Assembly (NCBI GenBank): GCA_964016885.1
Contig: OZ024742.1
Span: forward strand, 236,530,001-236,594,000
Reading direction: 5' to 3'
Length of the DNA stretch: 64,000 nucleotides
Source: Eledone cirrhosa
Lineage: Eukaryota
This document shows positions 1 to 13,594 of the stretch, piece by piece. Numbering within the stretch: position 1 is the stretch's first letter; each line of letters opens with the position of its first letter. The position numbers and the translations under genes are program-made. Under the pieces are notes generated by a model. That model was not told the origin of the DNA. It searched no databases and saw only the letters and a list, made by a program, of their open reading frames with translations.

Positions 1-811
1 ACTTGAAAACTCTGGTACAAACACTACACCTGTGACAATTATTGACACATAGTGCTGGGCCCATGGTACCATGTGACGACAAGTGCAGAGAGATCTCCAG
101 ATATAAAGCAATGACTGTGCCGTGAAGCTTTTATAGTGAGCAAAGGAACTGCACAAAGCCAGTCCCACTCTCTTAAACAAGATGATATTTACCAAAAAAG
201 CAGAACACGTCAACATCATTGGATACCATCAGAGTTGCAGGTGTTATATCAGAGTTTTCCTTCTCCTAGAATTCTGCCTTGACAAAGACGAAGGGGTCAT
301 CTCTCCCTATGAATTTGGATGGCCATTGACTCTTAAGAGCTCCTTTGCCCTTTGACAGGTTTTGTTTTTTGTCCTGCAGGATGTCCAAAGTCACCCTCCT
401 CACCAAGAAACCTTGGTGGGGTTGCCAGTTTAGTCGCCAACGACCCGACCATGAGCCACGTTGTACTGGGATACATGTTGCCAGTAGCACCAACTGGTGA
501 CCTGACACATATATATATGTACATACATATATACATACATGGTGGCTGCCAACTCGTTTTCGAGTACGGCCACTACTTTATATCCATATAGGAGAACCCC
601 TACCGACGCGCTGAACGAGTGTGACTTTTTAGTCTAGCCAGCGACTTGAAAACTCTGGTACAAACACTATGCTTGCGACAATTATTGACACATAGTGCTG
701 GGACCATGGTATCATGTGACGGCAAGTGCTGAGAGATCTCCAGATATAAAGCAATGCCTGTGCCGTGAAGCTTTTATAGTGAGCAAAGGCACTGCACAAA
801 GCCAGTCCCAC
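1..811 (-). mobile_element. RTE-like LINE 5'-UTR remnant with ~170-bp direct duplication (1-167 and 645-811)
   Basis: The minus strand carries CTAGGAGAAGGAAAACTCTGAT, a motif I associate with RTE 5' UTRs. The segment acttgaaaactctggtacaaacac...gccagtcccac occurs twice with substitutions. No coding motifs. Confidence 0.45.
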
Positions 812-870
812 AGTATATACATACATATATATATATATACATACATATCTCTATATATACATACATACCT

Positions 871-872
871 AT

Positions 873-957
<85 letters not shown>

Positions 958-958
958 G
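871..958. repeat. (TAGA)n microsatellite abutting the 3' end of the CR1-like LINE
   Basis: Perfect tetranucleotide run. Confidence 0.95.
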
Positions 959-971
959 ATATATATACTTT

Positions 972-2612
972 TTTACCCGTTCCAGCCATCCGGCTGAGGC
1001 CGTGCTGGTGCACAGCCCTTGTTGCTACACATTTTATCTCCAGCCTGTTTTGGTTGGCTACTGGTGCAACAGGGAGTTCGTTGCTGCTGCCCTTAGTTTT
1101 CCCTCGTGTCTTGCTGTGGGTTTATCCGGGATCCTGGATAGCAATGTGTCGAGATGTTTCTTGAAGACATCCACATCCACACCATGCAGATCCCACTCTC
1201 AGATCCCTCGGCATCTTGTTGAAGAGTTGAGGGCACTTGAACCCCAGGCTATTGCAATATCTGCTCCTTATTCTAGATGTGGAAGACGGGACCTTTGGCA
1301 CCACATAGTGTCGTCCTGTTCGACGGTTGGTCCAGCTCCCAATGCCAAAGTTTTGTGCTAGTCCCTCCAGGATTTTCCACATGTAGATCACTGCGTATCT
1401 CTCCTATCTTCGTTCCAAGGAGTTTAGCGCTCATTTCTTTTAGCCTCTCCCAGGAGCTTATCTCCTTCATCGTCGCAATCCTCTTGGTGTAGCTTCGCTG
1501 GATTGCCTCAAGCTCGGTGGTTAGTTTGACACTATGGAGTGACCACAACTGGGAGTCCAAGCGGCTTAGGACAAATGTCCTCCATAGTGTCAACATGATG
1601 TCTCGGTCTCTTGTCCGGAAAGTCCTCAAGATCCAGCCAGCGAGTCATCTGCACATTGTCGCCACTTTCATGATGTGTGATGAAAAAGATGCACCATCGC
1701 TCATGTCTATACCCAGGCCTCGTATCGATTTTGACACGACCATATCGGTCCCTCCTGGTCCGGCGTAACCGTGTTGTACTATATTTGTGTTTGCAGGTTT
1801 GTATTGTAGGGCTTGGAATTTGCCAGCATTAAACTGCATGTTGTTCTCTTCTGCCCATGTGTATATGGCATCCAGATCTTGTTGTAAAAGGGCAGCGTCA
1901 GCCGGGTTTTTGATTTCCTGTGCTACCTTAGTGTCATCAGCATAGCTAGTGAGGGATGTTGTTGTATGTACTACAGAGGGCATGTCTGAGAGAGCCACCA
2001 AAAGCAGTAGTGGTCCCAGGACTGTGCCTTGGGGCACTCTACTTGTTATTGATGTTTCCTTTGAGAGGGCTCCATTTTCTGAGACTGTCGCTTCTGTCCT
2101 TTAAGAAGTCGTGCAGCCACTCACCTACTTTTCCAGTTATGCCGAGTCCGTGTAGTTTGTGACATATCATTCCGCGGTCGACCTTGTCAAAGGCCTTCGC
2201 AAAGTCAAGATATATCACGTCCACATCTGAGCTGTCTAGCAGTTGTTTCAGTACCCAGTCCTAGTGATATAGCAGCTGTGTAAGGCAGCTTCTTTCTGGG
2301 CGAAAGCCATGCTGCGTGCTAGTCAGGCAGTCATTTTCCTCGAGGAAAGTGATCAGTTTCTTTCTGATGACTCGCTCCATGACCTTAATGGTATGTGACG
2401 TCAGGGAGACTGGCCTATAGATTTTAGCCTCCGCTCTGCTACCTCCTTTATGGATAGGGCATATTGTCCCTTCTTTCAGCTCCCTGGGTAGTACACCGCT
2501 AGCCAAGGAGCTTCTGAAGAGCGTCTTCAATGGAGTTGCTAAGGCCCGCTTACATGTTTTTAGGAGGACTGCTGGGAACCCATCAGGTCCAGCAGCTGAG
2601 TCTGTTCTAATT
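972..2612 (-). mobile_element. 5'-truncated, frameshifted CR1/Jockey-group LINE (reverse transcriptase and C-terminus)
   Basis: Consecutive ORF pieces contain AAGPDG, YRPVSLTS, QHGFRPERSCLTQL, YLDFAKAFDKV, PQGTVLGPLL, YADDTK, FNAGK, LGI and RTFRTR...LWS, with stops and frameshifts. Confidence 0.93.
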
Positions 2613-2618
2613 TCATAT

Positions 2619-2661
<43 letters not shown>

Positions 2662-2675
2662 CATACACATACATA

Positions 2676-3226
2676 CAGTAATCCACCGCTATATCGCGGT
2701 TCACTTTGCGTGGTCCCGCTACATCTTGGATTTTTCTTTTGAACATATCCATTTTCTTATCGCGGTACATACATCTAAATAAAAAATGTTTAAAAGTTAA
2801 ACTTATTAAATAAGTTTCGATGTGATTGAAGTGTATAGCGTAAGGAAGGGGCATGTTTTTATTTTTCATTCATATTACTGTTTTACTGATTGTGTTTTTC
2901 TCTAATCTACTATAAACCCTTCGTTGATTGACGGAAGATGTGTAGTGTATTACCAAGTGGCTAACGTGGCTGGTAATGGTCGTCATTGGTAACTAGTGGT
3001 ACGATCGTTGGTGGTAGTTTTGTATACGATCGTTACTGGCTGTTTTTTGGTGTTTAAATACAAAAGTGTGTTTTAATGAGTTTATATGTACTTAAAGCAA
3101 GTAGGAGAGGTATTTTAGGGCTTAAACTATGAAAACAACGGTTGTCTTTATGGTCTTTCTATATCACGGATTTTCATTTATCGCGGTCGGTTCTGGAACG
3201 TATCCCCCGCGCTAAACGGCGGATTA

Positions 3227-3229
<3 letters not shown>
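2676..3229. mobile_element. Tigger/pogo-like (Tc1-mariner) MITE, ~554 bp
   Basis: Imperfect TIRs CAGTAATCC(A/G)CCG...GGATTACTG flanked by TA on both sides; non-coding. Confidence 0.8.
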
Positions 3230-3301
<72 letters not shown>

Positions 3302-3361
3302 CATATATGTGTGTGTGTGTATGAACGTATGTATATGCATATGTATATGAGTATAAATATG

Positions 3362-3422
<61 letters not shown>

Positions 3423-3926
3423 ATATATATATATATAATTGAGGTGTGGTGTGAAGCCACGACAAAGACTACGGAAAAACAAACACTCTCTCCTCTTCAG
3501 CCAACCGCTGGAAGTCACTATAGTTTCGTTTCTTTAAATTTATATCTATATTATAAAGCTGACGGCCGTATGTATGTAACAAACTTTTCGCCAAACGGCT
3601 GGACCAAACAGCACCAAATTTACACCATAGATGTAACTTTTTCCAAGTAAGAAAGTGAGGGTATATTTGTCTACTAAATTTAGTTTAAAATGTTTAAAGA
3701 TATTTTATTGTTTATTTAAATATTCACTTCTTTAAAATCTTCAAATGTCAACACATCTGGTTAGCGCTCTCTCTCTCTGTCTTAGTCTGTCTTTTTAGAT
3801 AGATACATAACTATAACGTCGCGCCCTTATAATATCTGTCTGTATGTCTGGCTGTCTGTATTACGACAACCATTCTGTACATTGACTTCGCTGTGTGTGT
3901 GTATATATATATATAGTGTGTGTGTG

Positions 3927-3959
<33 letters not shown>

Positions 3960-3962
<3 letters not shown>

Positions 3963-4640
3963 GGAATCAACCACATCCAGGGATTTTACTAAGCATTCCA
4001 CCACATCTTATTACGGAATCACCTTTATGACTCACCCACACACACACCCAAAAATAATTTTTTTTTCCCACACGCCACATACACCCACAACACGCTTAAA
4101 CACCACACACACACGTGCGTACCACCACATATTTACACATTCAGCCTCCGGATTCCTCTCCCCCCCACCCCTCTATCCACACACGCACATACACTCCGAC
4201 CTACACCCCACCCCACACATACCTCTTCCTGAACATGCAACCCCGTTCTTCCCCCAATCCTTGCTTTCACATACACACACATACACCTACACACACACAC
4301 CACCTTCAGCCCTCCCCGCTCGGACACCCCGTCTCCCTCTCCCCACTCCACCCGCCACCACCCTACACGCCCCACACCCTTCCACCACCTGTTTTACCCC
4401 ATTTTAATTTTATTTTGATCATGCCTTTATTTTTAATTTCATTTGCACCGTTTCCTCTCACCCCCTTTTTGCTATATGTCTCTCCATCACTCCCCTACAC
4501 ACCCTTTGAACTCTCTTCCCACACACTTTTCACCTGAAGAAGGGCTTATGCCCGAAACGTTGTTCCCCACCACCACCCCACTCTCAAGAGCGTGAAATAA
4601 TAAAGAGACAATTTTTTTATTTGTACATTTTATTACAGCA
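3960..4640 (+). mobile_element. Penelope-like element 3' terminal region (C-rich tract plus minimal HHR)
   Basis: C/A-rich tract, then CTGAAGA-A-GGGC-TTAT-GCCC-GAAACGT-T and AATAAA; begins at a (TA)n run. Confidence 0.55.
4531..4564 (+). ncRNA. Minimal type-I hammerhead-like motif
   Basis: CTGAAGA core, stem II GGGC/GCCC, GAAA, palindromic ACGT stem III; stem I weak. Confidence 0.6.
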
Positions 4641-4943
4641 TTCCTTTATACGTATATATTCGTATATATACATAAATAAACATGTTATTTACAGTTGTAT
4701 AAAATAGAAGTATAATTGTTTCTACTTTTGGCACAAGGCCAGCAATTACACCAATACATTACTGGTACTTTATTATATATAATACGACATTCCTCTCTCT
4801 TCCTTACTCTGTTTTTTTAGACAGATACATAGCTATAACGTCGCGCCCTTATAATATGTCTGTATCTCTGCCTGTCTGCATTAACTTCGCTTCTAACCAA
4901 CTTTTAATTAATTAAATATATATATAATTATATATTCGTGTAC

Positions 4944-5432
4944 ATATTTTCAACAGTAATACTATACTATATATTTTCAACAGTAATACTGTACTGTACT
5001 AAATATTTTCAACAGTAATACTATACTATATATTTTCAACAGTAATACTGTACTGTACTGTATATTTTCAACAGTAATACTGTACTGTACTATATATTTT
5101 CAACAGTAATACTGTACTATATATTTTCAACATTAATACTATACTATACTATATATTTTTAACAGTAATACTATACTATATATTTTCAACAGTAATACTA
5201 TACTATATATTTTCAACAGTAATACTATGCTATATGTTTTCAACAGTAATACTGTAGTATACTATATATTTTCAACACTAAACTATACTATACTATATGT
5301 TTTCAACAGTAATATTATACTATATATTTTCAACACTAAACTATACTATATGTTTTCAACAGTAATATTATACTATATATTTTCAACAGTAATACTGTAC
5401 TATACTATATATTTTCAACAGTAATACTATAC
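4944..5432. repeat. Minisatellite, 28-33 bp unit (tatattttcaacagtaatactatacta), ~16 copies
   Basis: Directly visible tandem units with variable tactg/tacta sub-repeats. Confidence 0.92.
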
Positions 5433-5820
5433 TACACAGACGGTTTATCGTCTGTTTATCCATATATATATACGTCAGCCATATATATATATACGTATAT
5501 CTGGATGCCGTAGAACACGTCAATGGTAGCCGGGCGCCAGCCGGACGGGCCAACTACTATATATATAATATGCATGTGCATGTGTGTATGTAGATGTGCA
5601 TATGTCTATGTAGATGTGTGTTATGTAGATATAAGTCTATGTTTATATATGTATATATACTTGTACATGTATGTGTTTATGTGAGGTTGTCAATGTACAT
5701 TAACCGTCTCATTTCCTTCCAAATCAAACATTTATAGTTATATACAATTCCTACTAAATAGTGCATAATTGAAATTAAATAGATTGTTCGTTCAAATATA
5801 GAATACATACGACACAATGA

Positions 5821-5822
5821 CG

Positions 5823-5903
<81 letters not shown>
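5821..5903. repeat. (CTA)n microsatellite
   Basis: Perfect trinucleotide run. Confidence 0.95.
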
Positions 5904-5905
<2 letters not shown>

Positions 5906-8680
5906 GAATGTAGAGCGTTGTTAGTTTTTAATGGTTGCCATAGACATTTTGAATATCTTGGTTATTCTACATGATCACAAACGACACGAACATAATGCTT
6001 TCTCCACAGGAAATGCACACAAAAATTCCGTGATTGTAATCGTAATCTACTCCTTTAAAAGAGCATCCCTGAAAATGTTCACTAAAATCAACAACAAAAA
6101 GGCAAAAAAACAACACACTATTGAGTAAACAAAGTCGGAAGAGGAGTAAATTGTCGTTACGCTACCTATAGTATATTTAGATATATTTAACAAACAAAAA
6201 TATGGCAATCTATAACCATAATTATTTCGTGTGGTGGCGGGAAAATAGAAAAAACACAGCATTCCATTCTTCCTAATTTTCAATGCATTTCTTAATTAAT
6301 ACAAGTCAGTGAAGACAACCTTCTTTGAGTAATTGTCTATCTTAATAATTGTCGAATTCTGTCCAAAGCTGATAAGTGTTATTCATTTGCAACTGAAGTC
6401 GCACGTATGGACAAGAACTGTTAAATTAATCTAACAGTTTCATTCATAGCAAGCAAGAAAATAAGTTTATGAAGTAACTCTAAAATGACATTGGTTGACT
6501 TACAAAGCACTATTTGTTTTTGTCGCATCGCTAGTCTGAAGAGCAGATCAATAATGGAGTCGGATTCATAATTTCCATGGGGGACCTGAGCCAATCCTCT
6601 GCGAAACGCGCGTAACAGATTGATACACAATAAAAAACAAAATACATGTAAACGAAACTTCATTGTTCTTATTAAAATATATTAATATAAAAAGTAGCTT
6701 GTGCTTGTGCTTGTGCTTGTGCTTGTTTTTAAGAGCAGAGCTAGAACGAGGTTTTGATCATAAATATATCTTTTAAGGGAGTATTTTATCTTAAGGGAGT
6801 ATGTTTTTAAAAATTGAGTTGATGCTGCTTTTGTGCCAGTTTATTAAAATTTCTCTTCTTTAGCGACACCAGTTTGCGAAAGTAGGAGAACTGGTGTATA
6901 TGTTGTATACATGTACGTGCATGAGTGTATATGTATGTGTATGTATAGTTACATCGATGATGGTGATTAATCTGTATATATATGTATGTGTATGTGTATG
7001 TGTGGGTATATGCTTGTGTGAGAGAGTGTATGTACACAGTTACCATTCATTTGCTACCTTCGTTATTTGACATCATGACCTGGTAGTAGACTGATGTACT
7101 TGAAGAAATTTAAATGTTTTCCTCTCTATTCATTCACTCTATATCTCTGCTTATGTATGCATGTATGCATGTATGTATATATGTATGTATGTATGTATGC
7201 ATGTATGTATACATGTGTGGTGTTATGTGAGGGGTCCAGCAAACCTGAACAGCTCCGACCTCCCCCGAGGTCTAGATCTGGCCCTGTATGTATATTTATA
7301 TATAATCATAACAATAACAAAGATGTTTTATGTAAGCTGTTTAGAAGTACATTGATATTGACAACAATGAATTATCTCGAAAAAGAGTTAGGCAAACAAA
7401 TGTTTCTTTTTTTGGCAACTATCCTAGTTTATAAAGTTTATCAACAATTTAGGAGAAATTTTAATCTTTTTGTTATCATATTTCTAATGAAAGACACTGC
7501 TTATGGTTTTCAAATAATTTTGACCATAATCAAGAATGTTTAGTGGATTAGTAATATAACTAACTTGTTTACGATTAAATAATTTAACAAATGTTTTTAC
7601 ATAAGATTATGACGGAAATGTTTTTGATATATTATAAACACTTTAAAGTAAATAGCTTTATATAGTAGAACTTGTGGTGGTTTCAGGCTGTTCTTTGAAA
7701 AGTTGGTGTCTGGAGTATAAAGAAAGGTTCGTACATAAAATTATGAGGAAATGCTTTAAATTATATAAATAATAAAACATCCTTTTGAGGTCAATAAATA
7801 AATTACCACTCCACTACTAAGGTCGAATCTGCCACTCTTTCTCTTTCTCTGGATCAAATAAGCTGTACTTAGACCTGATGAATGATGGGTGCTGCTAGAT
7901 TTAAATTTTCATGACTCGATGTATCTCAAGATTGCGCTCTTACCACTCCATCAGGAATTCAGGGACCCAAGTAGAAAAAGAGAATTTTTGAAAACTTATT
8001 TTTTTTCTTCCAGAAATAAAAAGAGGGGTAAAGAAGAGAAACGTTAAATAAAAAAAAACCCATTTCTTCAGCTTGGCAACAGCTTATCTGGGTTTATAAT
8101 CTGTGTTAAAATTATTCTATTTTTTTATTATGTTAAAGTGAATTTAAAAAAATAAATGTAGAATTCCGATGTCAACTTTAAGCAATTTCTGTTTCCTAGT
8201 TTGAAATATAGTATCTAACACCGACATTTGCAGAGTTGGCAGATCAATTTCATAAGAAGTAGCACAAAGTGGTGATATTATCGCAGGTTATGTTAGAAGA
8301 CAGTCGAAAATGAAAATTCTGGTTAGTTAATATATTACTCCCCATTTCCTTTATTTTGAAAAAGAAACAAACTGGAAAAGAGTTTTAATGTTTCGGATGC
8401 TAGTACTTCATCGGAAGATAGAAAAGGAGAGAAGAGAGGATGTTTGCGCGAAAGGAGAAAAGGACGACAGACGAGAATATTAAAAGGGAAGAAAAAGGTA
8501 GGGAAGGGAGAAAAAGTTCACCTCTATCTAGATCGGTTCTAATTTACTTCATAGCTGATAATTTGATATTATATTGAAACATTAACATTTTGAAGTAAGA
8601 AGGAACCGAAATTAAAAAAGAAATAAAAACAATTGTGTAGTTTTCCAATGATTTACCGTCTTTATTTTATATCTTTGCAG

Positions 8681-9020
8681 CTTGCTTAATCAATGCTGGA
8701 ACGACACGGCCATTCTACGACCCACCTCGGTTAGATACCTCTCAACTGCCTCAGACAGATGTCGGAGGTGGTGGTCATTTAGAATCAATAGATATTGATG
8801 GGAAGTCATCAACAGCTGGATCTCCTCCAACGAGCAGTCAAAACGATTGCAGTAAACTCGGAAATACTCAAGATGCTCCAACTTCAAACGGAACACATGA
8901 AACTATTAAAAAACCCCTACATTCGACATTATGTAATGTTACTGTGCAGCTGGAATCTAAAGGGTTATGGGATCAGTTTGATAAACTATGTACAGAAATG
9001 ATTGTTACAAAAGCAGGAAG
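8681..9020 (+). CDS. Tbx1: Internal coding exon of a T-box transcription factor (Tbx1/10 subfamily-like), encoding the N-terminal region and the start of the T-box
   Basis: Pyrimidine tract + tttgcAG acceptor at 8680 and AG|GTAAGT donor at 9021. The 340 bp (phase 1 in, phase 2 out) are open throughout: CLINAGTTRPFYDPP...KKPLHSTLCNVTVQLESKGLWDQFDKLCTEMIVTKAGR. VQLE..LWD.F...TEMIVTKAGR matches TBX1/10. T-box identity is near certain; the subfamily call is less so. Confidence 0.88.
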
Positions 9021-9030
9021 GTAAGTGACG

Positions 9031-9031
<1 letters not shown>

Positions 9032-9120
<89 letters not shown>
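9032..9120. repeat. (CA)n microsatellite just inside the intron 5' end
   Basis: Perfect run 11 bp after the donor site. Confidence 0.95.
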
Positions 9121-9124
<4 letters not shown>

Positions 9125-9863
9125 CACTGTTACTGTCACAAAAGCATATTGGGTAACTTTAATAGAGTTCACCGTGTTGCAAGTACGCGGGAAAGATCTC
9201 TGGTTTGAGGAATCCTTCCTTTCACTGCCATTACTCTCGGCGGCGCTGAAAAGATTCATGGGCACTGACCTTCACGTTCTTACTAAACAGTAAAAAGAGA
9301 AGACTGATTCCTTTTTGTGATGATCAATATGGCGGCCTGAAACCTCTGGTCATTTTGGTTCTCGGACTGCCGTTTTCCTCCACCAAATTGCAAGGAGGTC
9401 GTATCGCCTGGGAAGGAGAGCTGGAATGGCTTATTAAGTACATATCTCTAGCTGTTCTCTGGCACATTACTTCTGTTATCTTGCCTGTGCAGTACATCAG
9501 CTGAGATACGCTATCCAGCTAATGGTGCACAGTTTGCCTCTTCTTCACCTTTTTCTTTTTGGTCATTATGATATTATAAATATATTTCGAATTCCTTCAC
9601 TGATACTCTCCAAGTATTATACAACTGCGAAAATATAATTTCTACGAGTATTAGAAAATTTAGATTAAAAATTATTAAGATGAGTCTTTGGATTAGTGTT
9701 TTAAAATTGGTTTAATTGCCAATAATATTTCAGAATTATAGGTGTTTGGTAAAAAACAAATCACTAAGTATTTAGGGTGTTGGTCGTATGATGACAAAGT
9801 TGTGAGTTCCTTTCCCGGACCGGGTGATACATTGTGTCTTTTGAGTAAAGCATTTTGTTTCAC

Positions 9864-10045
9864 ATTGGCAATATCGGTAGAGGGTCGGACGCCATGTTTT
9901 CCAGCATAGTTACGTCCCTTTACGATCTGAGTTCAAATCCCGCCGAGGTTGACTTTGCGTTTCATCCTTACGGGGTCGATAAAATAAAGTACCAGTAATG
10001 CACTGTGTAATTGCTGGCCTTGTGCCTAAAGTAGAAACAATTATT
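9864..10045 (+). mobile_element. tRNA-derived SINE with Nin/Deu-like central domain
   Basis: B-box-like gagttcaaatcc, core gccgaggttgactttgcgtttcatccttacggggtcgataaaataaagtaccag, tail ggccttgtgcctaaagtagaaacaattatt; several close copies in the window. Confidence 0.8.
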
Positions 10046-10602
10046 TCAGTTCATTCAAATGAAAAGGAATTCCAGAGACTGTAATCTCTGACTAAATTTA
10101 GATTCTTCTGAGGCATTCGACGGAAGCAAAATAAATAAATAAATAAGTAAAAATAAAGAATTCGCTTTTAAAAATAGTTATATCATAGGTAAAGCAAGAT
10201 CCTGTATTGTTGCTGTATCGGAAACATGATATAAGCCGATTTAATCGTTAGTTTCGCGATATCGTTGAATTTGGGCTATTTTTTAGTTGATCAATTAAAT
10301 GAGAGTGGTGGAAGGGAGAAAGAGAGGCAGGGGAAGAGACAGGCGGGGAGCAAGACACACACACATACACACACATATATATATATAATATACATACACA
10401 CACATATATATGTATGTATATATGTATATATTATATATATATGTATATTTAGTCTTCAATTTTATTATTATTACTATGTATATATTATATATATATATAT
10501 GTATATATATATGTATATATATATATATGTATATACATATATATGTATGTATATATTATATATATATATATACATATATATGTATGTATATATATATATG
10601 TG

Positions 10603-10653
<51 letters not shown>

Positions 10654-10666
10654 GTGTGTGTATATA

Positions 10667-10704
<38 letters not shown>

Positions 10705-11164
10705 TTTGTGTGTGTGTGTATATGTATGTATATATGTATATATATATTATGGGGAAAGACAAACAATTATGGTGCGTATTTTTTGTCTTTTTGTGTATTA
10801 GGTGATTTTTTACTTGTTCTTCTTCTACTGCGAAAGATATATAACATATAATAATAATAATAATGATGATTTCTTTATTGGCCACAAGGGCTGACATCAA
10901 GAAAAACATTTACAGACGGCACAGGACGGTACGATGTGGGTTTTGTGCGTGTAAATATTTTTATTATTTATATAAGAAAAGAAAAAAAGGACATACAAAC
11001 ATATATATATATATATAAACAATAAAAATGAAAATTGAAACAATGAAAAATTCCCCAATAGGAGGGAAACCTCCGAGGGTTACTCGTGGCGAAAACCACA
11101 CAAAGGACCACGGCCACCCTGACACCAGCGCAAGCGCCCTCTCTCAATTTTTCCATTTCTCAAA

Positions 11165-13580
11165 CTACAGACGTATATTCAGGGCGGTCCCGTTCACTCG
11201 GACCATTCTCGCTACATTCACCCACCTTTCAACAAACTTGCTAGAAGGCAGCACTTGCCTCTCCACCCTGATTTTCCTCTTCAAATGAAACTTGAAAAAG
11301 TTAATTAGGGATTCGCCGAAGAGGAAAGTGTCTGTCTTTAACCCTTTTAACCTTGTCCACCACACAATCTCTTTCGCCCTGTCGGACGGCATGGACTTGC
11401 CTCTCCAGGTGCCGAGCTGCAAGCCCACCGACTTTTCCTGGTTTATCTTTGCTCCTGTCACAGCTTCGTATTCCTTGAGAGCGGTGCCGAGCATCTGGAC
11501 GTGGCTGGTGCTCGACTCCACCATGGTGAAGTCGTCGGCGTAAGCCGACTCGGATTTCCCTGCATCCTAGTTCGCGTGGGACGCCCCTCATCGCCCCCAG
11601 TTTGTGCAGTAACGGCTCGAGAGCCAATACGTACCAGACGGACAAGAGGGGACAACCCTGGCGGACTGAACGCATGATGCTGAACGGCTGCGACAGGTGA
11701 CCGTTCACCCTCACAACTGAGCAGATGTCGCAACTGTACATTGCTGCGATCCAACCCCTGAAAACGGGCCCGAAACCGGCTGCCTCGAGGACCGCCGCCA
11801 GGTACGGATGGTCGACCCTATCGAATGCTTTGGATTAATCCAAGTTGATCAGGGCTCCACCTGTGCCAGGTTCCTGAACCACCCTCTTTATGATGTATCG
11901 CATGAGGTGGAGGTTGTCGTGAATGGATCTGTCCGGAATGGCGCATGTCTGCGCCTCTCCCACCAGACCCTTGACGACAAGCGCCAACCTCGTTGCTAAC
12001 ACCTTGGCCAAAATCTTGAACTCTGCGTTTAGCAGGGTTATGGGCCTGAAATTATCGATAACATCCCCCTTGTTCGGGTCTTTTCTCAGCAGGGCCACTG
12101 CTCCCCGGCTCACAAAACTGGGAATGCTCCCGTTCTGCTGGCAGTTGAAGTAGACGTCTGCCAAGAGGTCACCGAACAAGTCTGGCATAAATGCATAAAG
12201 CTCGTAGGGCAAACCATCCAAACCTGGCGATTTACCCCTTGTGCAGTTAGCCATCGCTTCCCGTATTTCACGGGCTGTTATTGGCTTTTCGCAACACTGT
12301 GCTGCGGTCGTCGAGAGCCGAGGCAGTCCGTCGAGGTATGCACTGAAGTTCCGGACCGCCGCCGTTCCCGAACAGTTCAGCAAAGTGCTGCCGAAAAGCT
12401 TCACACATCCGCTCGTGTTTGAGCATCACGTACCCGTTTTGGTCAGACAAAGACCGAATTGTGGTTTTGTTGCCACGTCGCGCCTCTGCCACCCGGGCCC
12501 ATTGGACGGCTTTTGTCTCCTCGTGTTTCAGAGCACGCGCTCTAGCTCTGACAACGCAGCCTTCGTGTTTTGCGTTGAAGAATTGGTCGAGTGCCAATCT
12601 CGCCGCAAGGACGTCGGTTGCGATGCCTGTCCTAAACGCCTCTTCTAGCTTTCTGACTAGCTCTCCCTCTACTCTATTTTCCTCTATCACTACTCCTTTG
12701 CTAAACCTAATCGACTCTACTTTAATTGCCCTTTTCAGGGCGAACCACCACTTGTTGTTGACGACCGCTCCCGTGAACGCCTGCTTAACTAATACGCTAA
12801 TCCGGTCTGTAGGCTTTGCGCGCCGGGAAAGACGCGTTCAGATTCCAGTAACCAGGCCCTTGTCTATGAAGTCTGTCTATGTCGATCTCACAGATCACAA
12901 ATGTGTGGTCTGTGTAGTCGACTATTTTAAATTGTGGACGACTTATACTAGCCTTATCTAGTTCTCTGCAGAATACCCTATCGAGATAGGATCTGGATGA
13001 CCCGATGCGGTTTGTCCATGTCCACATTGGCACATTCGGGTGATCCAGTCGATACCTGTCAGACAATTCAAAACGTCTGAGCAGGTTGGTGAGGCTCTTG
13101 CACCCTCCTCCCCTATCCACTAGCCCCATACGATCCCAGCGTGCATCCAAGATATCGTTCCAATCGCCCACTAACACTAAAGAGCGGAACGTTCCAAGAA
13201 AGCTCTCTAGACGCCTGAAGAAATCTGGCCGTCCTGCCCCTGTTGGGGCGTAGACGGCTACTAACCTGAAAGCATTGCTTTAGCTGCCGGTCACGTCCAG
13301 CACCACCGACTTACCTTCTGGGTCTAGGAAGATGGCGCGTATGGCGAGATCCAAGCCTCTCCGAAAAAGGACGCCCCCCCCGATCCTGGACGGCTGGGAG
13401 ATGCGTATACATCGTAGCCGCTGAAGATCGGTGCGAAGGCTTGTGCTTCGGAAATTCTGGTTTCACTGATGGCCACCACATCTATGTTTAGTGACCTGAC
13501 GTCGTTGAGCAGGTGACCCTGCTTCCAAGATGACCTCAGGCCACGTGCATTTATACTGCCTATTCTGAGTACGGCTATGT
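11165..13580 (-). pseudogene. LINE ORF2 endonuclease/reverse transcriptase, multiple frameshifts and internal deletion
   Basis: Collinear APE and RT motif fragments across ORFs 12797..13177, 12268..12690, 11835..12404, 11301..11741 and 11165..11524. Confidence 0.88.
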
Positions 13581-13594
13581 TGGATGAGAAAGGG

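Larger units (their letters stand above)
3545..5557 (+). mobile_element. Probable non-autonomous Helitron carrying an internal minisatellite and nested insertions
   Basis: 5' A|TCTATATTATAAAG start. 3' GC-rich subterminal motif gccgggcgccagccggacgggc followed by CTAC|T (canonical CTRR|T). Internal ~100-bp duplication (3770-3892 / 4791-4891) and tandem array. Confidence 0.55.

Noticed and set aside
4944-5432. 28-33-bp repeats resembling a CRISPR array
   Set aside because: No unique spacers, no cas genes, eukaryotic context; it is a minisatellite
8795-9001. ORF-track peptides overlapping the T-box exon
   Set aside because: Wrong frames; the true frame is spliced and has no upstream ATG in the exon
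9290-9550. Possible LINE 3' remnant or alternative exon
   Set aside because: No clear motif or splice signals; stops in candidate frames
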